From Candidatus Eiseniibacteriota bacterium (GTDB taxonomy: Bacteria > Eisenbacteria > RBG-16-71-46), in the NCBI GenBank assembly GCA_005893295.1, contig VBOY01000031.1:1730-65729 (forward strand): a DNA stretch of 64,000 nt. The letters are read 5' to 3'. Below the pieces are notes generated by a model, which was not told the DNA's origin, did not search any database, and saw only the letters and a program-made list of their open reading frames with translations. Positions 11,146 to 20,115 of the stretch are shown piece after piece (within the stretch, counting starts at the first letter, position 1; each line of letters begins with the position of its first letter). Made by a program: the position numbers and the translations under genes.

Positions 11146-11220
11146 TTCTCCCCCCAGCCTTCAGAGGAGGCCAAGGAGCAGTGGGCCCGGCGCGCTGCCG
11201 GACGAACACGGGGGGATGCG

Positions 11221-12045
11221 ATGCGCTCTTCGAGCGAGGTCAGGCGAGGGGTCGCCAGGGTGGCCGCTCTGGCAGCGGCGGGATGGCTGCTGGTGGCGAC
11301 GCTGCCGGCGCACGCCGCGTGGGGCCGCCGAGTCGGCGAGCCCTTCCATTGGAGCGGCAGCCCAGCTGCCGGCAAGATCCTCGAGGTGAAGGGGGTCAAC
11401 GGGCCGATTCGGGCCGTGGCCGCCTCGGGTAACGTGGCGAGCGTCGATGCCCGCAAGACCTCACGCCGCAACGATCCCGATGAGGTCAAGATCGAGGTCA
11501 TCGAGTCCGAGGACGGCATCATGATCTGCGCCCGGTACCCCAAGCTGTGGGGTGGGCTGACCGACTGCGAAGGCGGCGGCGGATCGATGCGCAACAGCGA
11601 CGTCAACGTCGACTTCGAGGTGCGCGTCCCTGCCGGCGTGCGATTCGTGGCGCGCTCTGTGAACGGCGAGATCGAGGCGGAAGGGCTGCGGAGCGAGGTC
11701 TCGGCGGCCACGGTGAACGGCTCGGTGCGGATCGCCACCAGCCGCCACGCGGAAGCCAAGACCGTCAACGGCTCGATCCACGCGCGTCTCGGAGCCGGCG
11801 ATTGGCGGCAAGACCTCGAGTTCGCGACCGTGAACGGGGCAATCGAGCTCGAGCTGCCGGCGGGGCTCGACGCGGACTTGAGTGCCGCAACCGTGAACGG
11901 CGAGATCGAGAGCGACTTCCCGCTCCAGGTGACCGGCCGCCTCGGCCGTCATCGCGTTCACGGCACGATCGGCAAGGGCGGACGCCAGCTTCGGCTCGCG
12001 ACCGTGAACGGCGGGATCCACCTGACTCGGCTCGGAAGCCTGTAA
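11221..12045 (+). CDS. Exported DUF4097-like beta-strand repeat protein
   Basis: Signal peptide ending AHA, followed by repeated xTVNGxI units. Confidence 0.8.
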   Translation: MRSSSEVRRGVARVAALAAAGWLLVATLPAHAAWGRRVGEPFHWSGSPAAGKILEVKGVNGPIRAVAASGNVASVDARKTSRRNDPDEVKIEVIESEDGIMICARYPKLWGGLTDCEGGGGSMRNSDVNVDFEVRVPAGVRFVARSVNGEIEAEGLRSEVSAATVNGSVRIATSRHAEAKTVNGSIHARLGAGDWRQDLEFATVNGAIELELPAGLDADLSAATVNGEIESDFPLQVTGRLGRHRVHGTIGKGGRQLRLATVNGGIHLTRLGSL

Positions 12046-12053
12046 AGGAGCTC

Positions 12054-12128
12054 GGGCGGAAAGCCCAGGGAGCGCGATCGCGCGCTCCCATCGATGGGCC
12101 CGGCCACCGGGACCCGCAACGCGGGTCC
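12054..12128. terminator. Tandem GC hairpins between convergent genes
   Basis: GGGC/GCCC (12054-12066), GGGAGCGCG/CGCGCTCCC (12068-12089) and GGACCCGC/GCGGGTCC (12110-12128); no U-tract. Confidence 0.35.
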
Positions 12129-12170
12129 TGGCGCGTCGCGCCGCTCTCGGCTCTTCGTCCCAAAGCTGCC

Positions 12171-12947
12171 TCAGAACTCGATCGTCCCTTCCAGGTAGCG
12201 AACGGCTCGCCCCGCAATGCGCACGCGTTCACCGCGTAGCTCGCAGTGGAACTCGCCGCCGCGGCGCGAGAGCTGAAGCGCGAAGAGCTTCGTCTTGCCC
12301 AGGCGGTTCGCCCAATAGGGGATCAGGGTGCAGTGGGACGAGCCGGTGGCGGGATCCTCCGGGATGCCCACCCGCGGCGCGAAGAACCGCGAGACGAAGT
12401 CGCTCGAGCGCCCCGGGGCGCTCGCAATCACGCCGAAGGCGTCGAGCATGGCGAGCCCCGCCATGTCGGGAGCGAGCGCGCGCACCTCGTCTTCCGACTC
12501 GTACACCGCGAGCAGGTCGCGTGCGCCCAGCACGTCGCGCGGCGGCTGCCCGAGGGCTGCCGCGAGTCCCGGTGCCGCGATCGGGGCCGCGGGAAGGGCT
12601 GGAAAGTCCAGGGCCAGCAAGTCCGCCTCGCGCTCGACCCGCAGGAGACCACCCTTCGACTCGAACCTTACCGCGGTTCGTGCGGGCTCGAGCGTCTCGA
12701 ACACGACGTGCGCCGAGGCCAGCGTGGCGTGGCCACACAGGTCGATTTCCTGAACCGGCGTGAACCAGCGGATCTCGTAGTGCCCGCCCGCCCCGACGAA
12801 GAATGCGGTCTCGGCCAGGTTGTTCTCGGCCGCGATCGACTGCATCGTTGCTTCCGGGAGCCAGCTCTCGAGCGGGCAGACCGCGGCCGGGTTGCCCTGG
12901 AAGACGCGGGAGGCAAACGCGTCGATCTGGAACAGGGGGAGCTTCAC
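12171..12947 (-). CDS. PhzF family isomerase/epimerase
   Basis: QIDAF..GNPAAV, NLAETAF, IDLCGHATL and EDPATGSSH motifs; GTG start at 12947. Confidence 0.9.
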   Translation of the reverse strand: MKLPLFQIDAFASRVFQGNPAAVCPLESWLPEATMQSIAAENNLAETAFFVGAGGHYEIRWFTPVQEIDLCGHATLASAHVVFETLEPARTAVRFESKGGLLRVEREADLLALDFPALPAAPIAAPGLAAALGQPPRDVLGARDLLAVYESEDEVRALAPDMAGLAMLDAFGVIASAPGRSSDFVSRFFAPRVGIPEDPATGSSHCTLIPYWANRLGKTKLFALQLSRRGGEFHCELRGERVRIAGRAVRYLEGTIEF

Positions 12948-12994
12948 CAGCGGCAGAATAGCGTCGCGCCGCTCGCGATGCCAAGGGAGGCTGG

Positions 12995-13011
12995 ACTTTG
13001 CATAGCAAAGT
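12995..13011. promoter_or_regulatory. Perfect palindrome ACTTTGC-ATA-GCAAAGT, candidate operator
   Basis: AT-rich 7-3-7 dyad in the short divergent intergenic region upstream of an operon encoding a wHTH regulator. Confidence 0.65.
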
Positions 13012-13049
13012 ACTTGCCAAGACCCCTCTCTTGTGCCAGGCTGAGCCCA

Positions 13050-13664
13050 ATGCGTTCCGTTCGACCCCTCGCTCACCGCACCGAAGAGCCTCTCGAGCTT
13101 CAGGCCAAGGCGCTCGATCAGCTCCGCTACATCCGCCGCACCATCGAAGACGCCGGATCCTTCACCTCGGTGCCGGGGTGGGGGCAAGTGGTGATCGGGC
13201 TCACGGCGCTCCTCGCGGCGTGGATCGCCGCGCGCCAGCGAACCGAAACCGCGAGGCTCGTAACATAGCTCGTCGAGTCGGCCCTGGCGCTCACGATTTC
13301 GGCGTGGTCCATGGCGCGCAAGGCCCGCGCCGCGGGGCTGCCGCTCTTCTCGGGTCCGGCGCGCAAGTTCGCCTTGAGCTTCAGCCTGCCGCTGGCCGCG
13401 GGGGCGGTTCTGACCTGGGTCTTCCAGAGCCGCGGCATCGTGGCGGTGCTCCCCGGCATGTGGCTGCTGATGTTCGGCACCGCAGTCGCCACCGGTGGAG
13501 CCTTCTCGGTCTCGATCGTGCCGGTGATGGGCTTCTGCTTCATGGTCTTGGGCGCGGCCGCGTTCCTCAGCCCCGCGGCCTGGGGCAACCTGTGGATGGC
13601 CCTCGGGTTTGGCCTCGTCATGATCGGCTTCGGCCTCTTGATCGCGCGGAGGCACGGTGGCTAG
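13050..13664 (+). pseudogene. Multi-pass membrane protein interrupted by an in-frame TAG (13266-13268)
   Basis: ALDQLRYIRRTIE..GWG.. continues in the same frame past TAG into LVESALAL..MARKA.., with about six hydrophobic segments; TGG->TAG is the likely change. Confidence 0.75.
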
Positions 13665-14040
13665 AGAGGCCGCACGCGTGGAGCACCGCGGCAGCGGCGG
13701 GGCGACGCGCAGGCTGCGTGGAGTGCGCGGGCGGGCGCCGGTGCCGGCGGGCGAGCTCGATCGGGTGATCCACGAACGGGTGAGGCTCGGCATCGTGAGC
13801 GCGCTCGCGGTGACCGAGACCATGAGCTTCAACGAGCTCAAGAAGCTCCTCAGGGCCACCGACGGCAACCTGAGCGTTCACGCCCGCAAGCTCGAGGAGG
13901 CCCAGTACGTCTCCTGCACCAAGCGCTTCGACGGCCGTGTGCCGCGCACCGAATACCGGCTCACCGCCCTCGGGCGCCGCTCGCTCGAGCGCTACCTAGA
14001 CCACATGGAAGCACTGATTCGCGCGACCCGGGCGCGGTAG
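13657..14040 (+). CDS. Winged-helix transcriptional regulator (HTH_34/MarR-ArsR-like)
   Basis: LDRVIHERVRLGIVSAL..SFNELK..TDGNLSVHARKLE..PRTEYRLT. Confidence 0.88.
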   Translation: MAREAARVEHRGSGGATRRLRGVRGRAPVPAGELDRVIHERVRLGIVSALAVTETMSFNELKKLLRATDGNLSVHARKLEEAQYVSCTKRFDGRVPRTEYRLTALGRRSLERYLDHMEALIRATRAR

Positions 14041-14059
14041 GGCCGCGGAGGAAGACTCG

Positions 14060-14785
14060 ATGCTCTCGCACCGCTCGCCGAGCCAGGCAGCGCTGCACGT
14101 CGCGCTGATCATGGACGGAAACGGACGCTGGGCCGAGTCACGGGATCTGCCGCGGGCGGCGGGCCACCAGGCGGGCGTCGAAGCGGTGCGCCGCGTCGTG
14201 CACGCCGCCGCCGGCCTCGGCATCGGCACGCTCTCGCTGTACGCGTTCTCGTCCGACAACTGGCGGAGGCCGGCGCGCGAGGTGCGCACCTTGATGGAGC
14301 TGTTGCGCGACTTCTTCGCGCACGAGCCGGACGAATGCGTGCCGCGCGGGGTGAGGCTCAGCGTCATCGGGCGGCGTGACCGCCTGCCGAAGTCACTCAC
14401 CGCGGCGATCGAATCGGCCGAGGCGGCGACCGCGCGCGCGGATCGGCTTCACGTGCGGATTGCGCTCGACTACTCGGCCCGCGATGCGATCGTGCGCGCG
14501 GCTCGCGCGAGCGGCGGCGCGGCGCGGCTGACGCGCAAGCAGTTCGGCCGCCTGGTGGCGGGAGAGGCCCGCGATCCCGCCGCAACCCGGGTGGATCTGC
14601 TGGTGCGCACCGGAGGCGAGCAGCGGTTGAGCGATTTTCTACTGTGGGAGAGCGCCTACGCCGAGCTGGTGTTCAGCCCGACCCTGTGGCCCGACTTCAC
14701 CTCCAAGGAGCTGCAAGCCGCGGTGCGCGAGTTCCGCCAGCGCCAGCGCCGCTTCGGCGGGCTTCCCAAGCGCGCCGCGAGCTGA
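14060..14785 (+). CDS. uppS: cis-prenyltransferase (undecaprenyl diphosphate synthase family)
   Basis: [25 protein letters not shown] and [19 protein letters not shown] motifs. Confidence 0.92.
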   Translation: MLSHRSPSQAALHVALIMDGNGRWAESRDLPRAAGHQAGVEAVRRVVHAAAGLGIGTLSLYAFSSDNWRRPAREVRTLMELLRDFFAHEPDECVPRGVRLSVIGRRDRLPKSLTAAIESAEAATARADRLHVRIALDYSARDAIVRAARASGGAARLTRKQFGRLVAGEARDPAATRVDLLVRTGGEQRLSDFLLWESAYAELVFSPTLWPDFTSKELQAAVREFRQRQRRFGGLPKRAAS

Positions 14786-14883
14786 ACCCGCTCGCCCGAG
14801 CGTCCGCGGCGGCGCCCTCCCCGGGTGTGAAGCCGCCACCCGCTCTGCTATATCTTCCCCGCCCTTCACGTGAGGCGAGGCCC

Positions 14884-16491
14884 ATGGAGCTGATCGAGTC
14901 CCATCTCGACGTCCGCAGCGACGAGTTCAAGGCCAACGCCGCGCACCACCGTGCCCTGGCCGCCGAGCTCAAGCGTCATCTCGCGAGGATCAAGGCCGGT
15001 GGCGAGCCCGACCAGGTGAAGCGCCACAGGTCGCGCGGCAAGCTGTTCGTGCGCGACCGGATCGAGAAGCTGCTCGATCCTGCGACCGCCTTTCTCGAGC
15101 TCTCGCCGCTCGCCGCGCACGGCCTCTACGACGGCGAGGCGCCGTGCGCCGGCATCGTTACCGGGATCGGCGTGGTGCACGGGCGCCAGGTCATGGTGGT
15201 GGCGAACGACGCCACGGTGAAGGGCGGCACGTATTTTCCGCTGACGGTGAAGAAGCATGTGCGCGCACAAGAGGTGGCGCTCGAGAACCACCTGCCGTGC
15301 GTCTACCTGGTGGATTCGGGGGGAGCCTTCCTGCCGCTGCAGGCGGATGTGTTCCCAGACCGCGACCACTTCGGGCGGATCTTCTACAACCAGGCGCGCA
15401 TGTCGGCGCTCTCGATCCCCCAGCTCGCGGTGGTGATGGGCTCGTGCACCGCAGGCGGCGCGTACGTGCCGGCGATGAGCGACGAGGCGGTGATCGTGCG
15501 CAATCAGGGCACGATCTTCCTCGGCGGTCCGCCGCTGGTGCGGGCGGCGACCGGTGAGGAGGTTTCGGCCGAAGATCTGGGCGGCGCCGACGTCCACACC
15601 CGGATCTCGGGCGTGGCCGACCACCTGGCCGAAGACGACACGCATGCGCTCGAGATCGCCCGCGACATCGTGGCCCATTTGGGCCGCGCGAGCGGGGCGA
15701 CGCTCGACCTCGCGCCCGGCGAGCCGCCGCGCTACGACCCGGACGAGATCTACGGCCTGCTGCCACGCGACCTGCGCCAGCCCTACGACGTGCGCGAGCT
15801 GATCGCGCGCCTGGTCGACGGCTCGCGCTTCCACGAGTTCAAAGCGCGCTACGGTACTACGCTGGTCACCGGATTCGCGCACCTGCAAGGCATCCCGGTC
15901 GGTATCTTGGCCAATCAGGGAGTGCTGTTCAGCGAGAGCGCGCTCAAGGCCACGCACTTCATCGAGCTGGCCTCGCAACGTGGCGTGCCGCTGCTATTTC
16001 TCCAAAACATCAGCGGCTTCATCGTCGGCAAGCAATACGAGCACGGCGGGATCGCCAAGGACGGCGCCAAGATGGTGCACGCGGTGGCGAACGCCCAGGT
16101 GCCGCGGGTAACGGTGATCATCGGCGGTTCGTTCGGAGCAGGGAACTACGGCATGTGCGGGCGGGCGTACCAACCGCGCTTCCTGTTCCTGTGGCCCAAC
16201 AGCCGGATCAGCGTGATGGGGGGCGAGCAAGCCGCCTCGGTGCTGGCGCAGGTGAAGCAAACGCAGCGCGAAGCGGCCGGCCAATCGATGACGGAAGCCG
16301 AGGTGCGCGCGTTCAAGCAGCCGATCCTCGACCAGTACGAAGAGGAGGGGAGTCCTTACTACGCCACCGCGCGTCTGTGGGACGATGGCGTGCTGGATCC
16401 GGCCGAGACGCGCACGGCGTTGTCTCTCGCGCTCGCAGCGTCGCTCAATGCGCCGATCCCGGAGATGCGCTTCGGCGTGCTGCGGATGTAG
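14884..16491 (+). CDS. liuB: Methylcrotonoyl-CoA carboxylase, carboxyltransferase (beta) subunit
   Basis: [33 protein letters not shown] and [15 protein letters not shown] motifs, with C-terminal FGVLRM. Confidence 0.92.
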   Translation: MELIESHLDVRSDEFKANAAHHRALAAELKRHLARIKAGGEPDQVKRHRSRGKLFVRDRIEKLLDPATAFLELSPLAAHGLYDGEAPCAGIVTGIGVVHGRQVMVVANDATVKGGTYFPLTVKKHVRAQEVALENHLPCVYLVDSGGAFLPLQADVFPDRDHFGRIFYNQARMSALSIPQLAVVMGSCTAGGAYVPAMSDEAVIVRNQGTIFLGGPPLVRAATGEEVSAEDLGGADVHTRISGVADHLAEDDTHALEIARDIVAHLGRASGATLDLAPGEPPRYDPDEIYGLLPRDLRQPYDVRELIARLVDGSRFHEFKARYGTTLVTGFAHLQGIPVGILANQGVLFSESALKATHFIELASQRGVPLLFLQNISGFIVGKQYEHGGIAKDGAKMVHAVANAQVPRVTVIIGGSFGAGNYGMCGRAYQPRFLFLWPNSRISVMGGEQAASVLAQVKQTQREAAGQSMTEAEVRAFKQPILDQYEEEGSPYYATARLWDDGVLDPAETRTALSLALAASLNAPIPEMRFGVLRM

Positions 16492-16520
16492 TGGCCACGA
16501 GCCGTGGGCAAGGAGACGAC

Positions 16521-17261
16521 ATGAAGCAGATCCGAATCGGCCTGATCGGGGACCGCGACGATCGCGTCACCGCACATTGGGCGATCGCGCGGTCCCTCGA
16601 GCAGGCGGGCGAAACGCTCGCCTGCGACGTCCAGCCGGCGTGGCTCCCCACCGCGGAGCTGGCCCGCGACCTGGCGCCCGCCGCGTCGTGCGACGGCTTG
16701 TGGTGCGTGCCGGCGAGCCCCTATGCGGACGGCGCGGCGGCGATCGCGGCGATTCGCCTCGCGCGCGAGCGGCCGATCCCGTTCCTCGGGACCTGCGGCG
16801 GCTACCAGCACGCGCTGCTCGAATACGCGCGCAACGTGCTGGGCTTGGCCGAGGCGGCGCACGGCGAGGAAACGCCCGATGCGGCCCTGGTGCTGATCGG
16901 CCGGCTTTCCTGCGACCTGGTCGAGGTCACGGGTCCGATCCGGCTCAAGCCTGGGTCACGCCTGGCTTCCCTGTGCGGCAGGCTCGAGCTTGCCGAGGGG
17001 TATCACTGTCGCTTCGGCCTCGATCCGCGCCATCGCGCGCGATTCGAGGGCGGGCCGTTGCGCATCGTGGGCGAGGATCGCGCGGGCGAGGCGCGCGCGT
17101 TCGAGCTTTCGGATCATCCGTTCTTCCTCGGCACGGCGTTTCAACCCGAGCGCGCAATACTCGCGGGAAGGGTGCACCCGATCGTGCTCGGGTTCCTGCG
17201 TGCCGCGCGCGAGGCGCGGGCGCGCCCGCCCGCCGCCGGCGCCGCAGTGCGGCAATCCTGA
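16521..17261 (+). CDS. Stand-alone CTP-synthase-like class I glutamine amidotransferase domain
   Basis: IGLIGD, DGLWCVPASPY, PFLGTCGGYQH, YHCRFG and HPFFLGTAFQPER motifs; no synthetase domain. Confidence 0.8.
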   Translation: MKQIRIGLIGDRDDRVTAHWAIARSLEQAGETLACDVQPAWLPTAELARDLAPAASCDGLWCVPASPYADGAAAIAAIRLARERPIPFLGTCGGYQHALLEYARNVLGLAEAAHGEETPDAALVLIGRLSCDLVEVTGPIRLKPGSRLASLCGRLELAEGYHCRFGLDPRHRARFEGGPLRIVGEDRAGEARAFELSDHPFFLGTAFQPERAILAGRVHPIVLGFLRAAREARARPPAAGAAVRQS

Positions 17262-17277
17262 GAACCAGGAGGGGACG

Positions 17278-18063
17278 ATGTCCGCGATCGAGGTCCAGCG
17301 CGACGCCGCGGTGGCACGGGTGTGGCTCAGCCGACCCGAGCAACACAACGCACTCGCGCCCGAGATGGCGAGCGAGCTGACCACCCTCCTGCACGAGCTG
17401 GCGCACGACGCCACGGTGCGGGTGGTCGTGCTGGGCGGGCGTGGCCCGTCGTTCTGCGCCGGGGCGGACATCGCGGCGCTCAAGGCTTCGGGGACCCTCT
17501 CGCTCGAGCAAAACCTGGCCGAGGCCCAGCGTTTGGGCCGCATGTTCGCCGCACTCGCCGACTTTCCCAAGCCGGTGGTCGGCCGCATCCATGGCAACGT
17601 GTTCGGCGGCGGCGTGGGCCTGGTGTGCGCAACCGACATACCGGTCGCCGCCGACGACAGCCGCTTCGGGCTCACCGAGGTGCGGCTCGGCATCCTGCCG
17701 GCGCTGATCAGCGCGTACGTGATCCGCCGCCTCGGCGACCGCAGCGCGCGCGAGCTGATGCTCACCGGCGAGCGGATCGACGCGGCGACGGCGTTGAGGC
17801 TCCACCTGGTGCAGCACGTGTGCCCGTTCCCCGAGCTGGACGCCCGGGTCGACGAGCGGGTGCACGCCCTGCTCTGCGGCGCACCCGCCGCCCAGGGGCG
17901 CATCAAGACTCTGCTCGAGCTCTATGCCGACTCGACCTGGGAGGAATACCGCGCGGCGCTGCCGCGGGTGCTGGCCGAGGTGCGCTCGGGGGCCGAGGCG
18001 CAAGAGGGGCTGGCCGCGTTCTTCGAGAAGCGCAAGCCCAGCTGGCAGCGGGAGTCGCGGTGA
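17278..18063 (+). CDS. liuC: Enoyl-CoA hydratase, probable methylglutaconyl-CoA hydratase
   Basis: FCAGAD, GGGVGL, EVRLGILP and EGLAAFFEKR motifs; located in the MCC cluster. Confidence 0.8.
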   Translation: MSAIEVQRDAAVARVWLSRPEQHNALAPEMASELTTLLHELAHDATVRVVVLGGRGPSFCAGADIAALKASGTLSLEQNLAEAQRLGRMFAALADFPKPVVGRIHGNVFGGGVGLVCATDIPVAADDSRFGLTEVRLGILPALISAYVIRRLGDRSARELMLTGERIDAATALRLHLVQHVCPFPELDARVDERVHALLCGAPAAQGRIKTLLELYADSTWEEYRAALPRVLAEVRSGAEAQEGLAAFFEKRKPSWQRESR

Positions 18064-18135
18064 CGCGCGCCGCCGCGCACGCCAGGGCCGCGCGGTCAGT
18101 CACGAAGCTCGCCGCGCTGGCCCGAGCCTGACTCG

Positions 18136-19641
18136 ATGTTCCGCACCGTCCTGATCGCCAACCGCGGCGAGATCGCTTGCCGCATCGCCGCTACCTTGCG
18201 CACCATGGGGGTGCGCTCGGTCGCCGTGTGCTCCGAGGCCGATCGCGGCGCGCGCCACACCCGTGTGGCGGACGACGTGCGGGTGCTGGGCCCGGCCGAG
18301 CCGCGCGCCTCGTATCTCGACGTCGAGGCACTGCTCGAGGCGGCGCGCTCGAGCGGTGCCCAAGCGGTCCATCCCGGCTACGGATTCCTGGCCGAGAACG
18401 CCGACTTCGCGGCGGCGGTCGAGGCGGCCGGCCTCACCTTCATCGGGCCCGCCCCCGAGCACATTCGCGCCGCCGGTGACAAGCGCGCCGCGCGCGCGGT
18501 CGCCGAGCGCGTCTCGGTGCCGGTCGTGCCGGGTGCGGGCGGGGCCGATGTCGCGGCTCTCGCCACGGCGGCGCGAGCGATCCAGTACCCGGTGATGGTG
18601 AAGGCCGCCCTGGGTGGGGGCGGCAAGGGAATGCGCATCGTCACCGGCGAGGCCGAGCTCGCCGAGGCGGTCGAGAGCACGCGCCGCCTCGCGCTCGCGG
18701 GCTTCGGCGACGATGCCGTGTACCTGGAGAAGCACGTGGAGAAGCCCAGGCACGTGGAGGTCCAGGTGCTCGGCGATGGGCGTGGCGAGGCGATCCACCT
18801 GTTCGAGCGCGACTGCTCGCTCCAGCGGCGGCACCAGAAGGTGATCGAGGAGTGCCCCGCGCCCGCGGTCGACGACGAGCTGCGCGGGCGCTTGGTGACC
18901 GCCGCGGTGGCGTTCGCGCGCGCGCTGAAGTATCGCGGCGCCGGAACGGTGGAGTTCCTGCTCGGCAAGGGTGGGGCGTTCTGGTTCTTGGAGATGAACA
19001 CGCGGCTTCAGGTCGAGCACCCGGTGACCGAGATGGTGACCGGTCTCGACCTGGTTCGGCTCCAGCTCGAGCAGGCGGTGGAGGGCGCCCTTCCGCTCGC
19101 GCAGTCGGAGGTGGTGCGCCGCGGGCACGCAATCGAAGCGCGCATCTATGCCGAGGACGCCGCGCGCAACTTCCTGCCGCAGGCCGGCATCGCCGCGCGC
19201 GTGCGCTGGCCCCAGGGTCCCTTCGTGCGCGTGGACGCCGGCGTCGAGTCCGGGGACCAGGTGCCGGTCCACTATGATCCGATTCTCGCGAAGGTGGTGG
19301 CCGCGGGCATGACCCGTGAGGCGGCGCTCGCGCGCTTGGCGTGGGCGCTCGACGAATCGCTGGTCCATGGCGTGGTGACCAACCTGCCGTTCCTGAGAGC
19401 GGTGGTGCGCGCGCATTCCATGACGCGGGCCGAAGTGGACACCGAATGGGTCGAGCGCGAATTCTTGGCCGGCTTCGCGGCCGTGGCGGGTGCCCCGGCT
19501 CCCGAGCTGGCGCTGGCGGCGGCCGCTCTGTTCGAGGCCGCCGGGAATTCCCAGGCCTCTCGTGGTGCGGGCGACGACTCTCGCCCCGCGCGCGCGGACG
19601 CGTTCCAGGCCGCTGGGCGCTGGCGGCTGCCGGGGCTCTGA
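18136..19641 (+). CDS. liuD: Biotin carboxylase (MCC alpha subunit, BC domain)
   Basis: LIANRGEIACR, HPGYGFLAEN, GGGGKGMR, RDCSLQRRHQK and EMNTRLQVEHPVTE motifs. Confidence 0.88.
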   Translation: MFRTVLIANRGEIACRIAATLRTMGVRSVAVCSEADRGARHTRVADDVRVLGPAEPRASYLDVEALLEAARSSGAQAVHPGYGFLAENADFAAAVEAAGLTFIGPAPEHIRAAGDKRAARAVAERVSVPVVPGAGGADVAALATAARAIQYPVMVKAALGGGGKGMRIVTGEAELAEAVESTRRLALAGFGDDAVYLEKHVEKPRHVEVQVLGDGRGEAIHLFERDCSLQRRHQKVIEECPAPAVDDELRGRLVTAAVAFARALKYRGAGTVEFLLGKGGAFWFLEMNTRLQVEHPVTEMVTGLDLVRLQLEQAVEGALPLAQSEVVRRGHAIEARIYAEDAARNFLPQAGIAARVRWPQGPFVRVDAGVESGDQVPVHYDPILAKVVAAGMTREAALARLAWALDESLVHGVVTNLPFLRAVVRAHSMTRAEVDTEWVEREFLAGFAAVAGAPAPELALAAAALFEAAGNSQASRGAGDDSRPARADAFQAAGRWRLPGL

Positions 19642-19645
19642 GTCG

Positions 19646-20074
19646 ATGCGCAGCCACTGGCGTGACGGCGATCGCACCCGCTCGGTCGAGGTGACGAGGC
19701 TCGAGACGGGCCATTATCGAGTACGCGTGGACGGCGCGGAGCTGGAGATCGCGGTCGAGCCGCTGGGCGAGGGAAGAGCGCGACTCGCCGTGGGAGGCGA
19801 GCACACGGTGGTCGAAGTGACGGTGGTCGACCAACGGCGGTTCGTGCGGCTCGGCGCCATGGATTTCGTGTTCGAGCGTAGGGCGCGCAGTCGCGGACCA
19901 TCGGCCGGGGCTCCTGGGCTCGAGGCGCCGATGCCGGGCGTCGTGACGCGGGTGTTGGTGGCGGTCGGCGATGCGGTGCGCCGCGGGCAGCCGCTGCTCG
20001 CCGTCGAGGCAATGAAGATGGAGCACGTGATCCGTGCTCCCCACGACGGACGCGAGCTGGCGGAGCCGCCGTAG
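19646..20074 (+). CDS. BT domain + biotin carboxyl carrier protein, C-terminally shortened
   Basis: APMPG..EAMKME biotinylation motif; the ORF ends RAPHDGRELAEPP*, short of a full biotinyl domain. Confidence 0.75.
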   Translation: MRSHWRDGDRTRSVEVTRLETGHYRVRVDGAELEIAVEPLGEGRARLAVGGEHTVVEVTVVDQRRFVRLGAMDFVFERRARSRGPSAGAPGLEAPMPGVVTRVLVAVGDAVRRGQPLLAVEAMKMEHVIRAPHDGRELAEPP

Positions 20075-20115
20075 CGGGCGCGATGGGTGCACCCACGATG
20101 GGCGGAGGCACACGC

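Noticed and set aside
9787..12045. Periodic GTCGACACC/ACCGTGAACGG-type repeats as a CRISPR array or DGR
   Set aside because: They are codon-level repeats of DUF4097 beta strands, with no spacer structure and no cas or reverse transcriptase gene.
13266..13268. Stop-codon reassignment or pyrrolysine readthrough
   Set aside because: Many genes in the window end in TAG and no pyl genes are visible; a point change from TGG is simpler.
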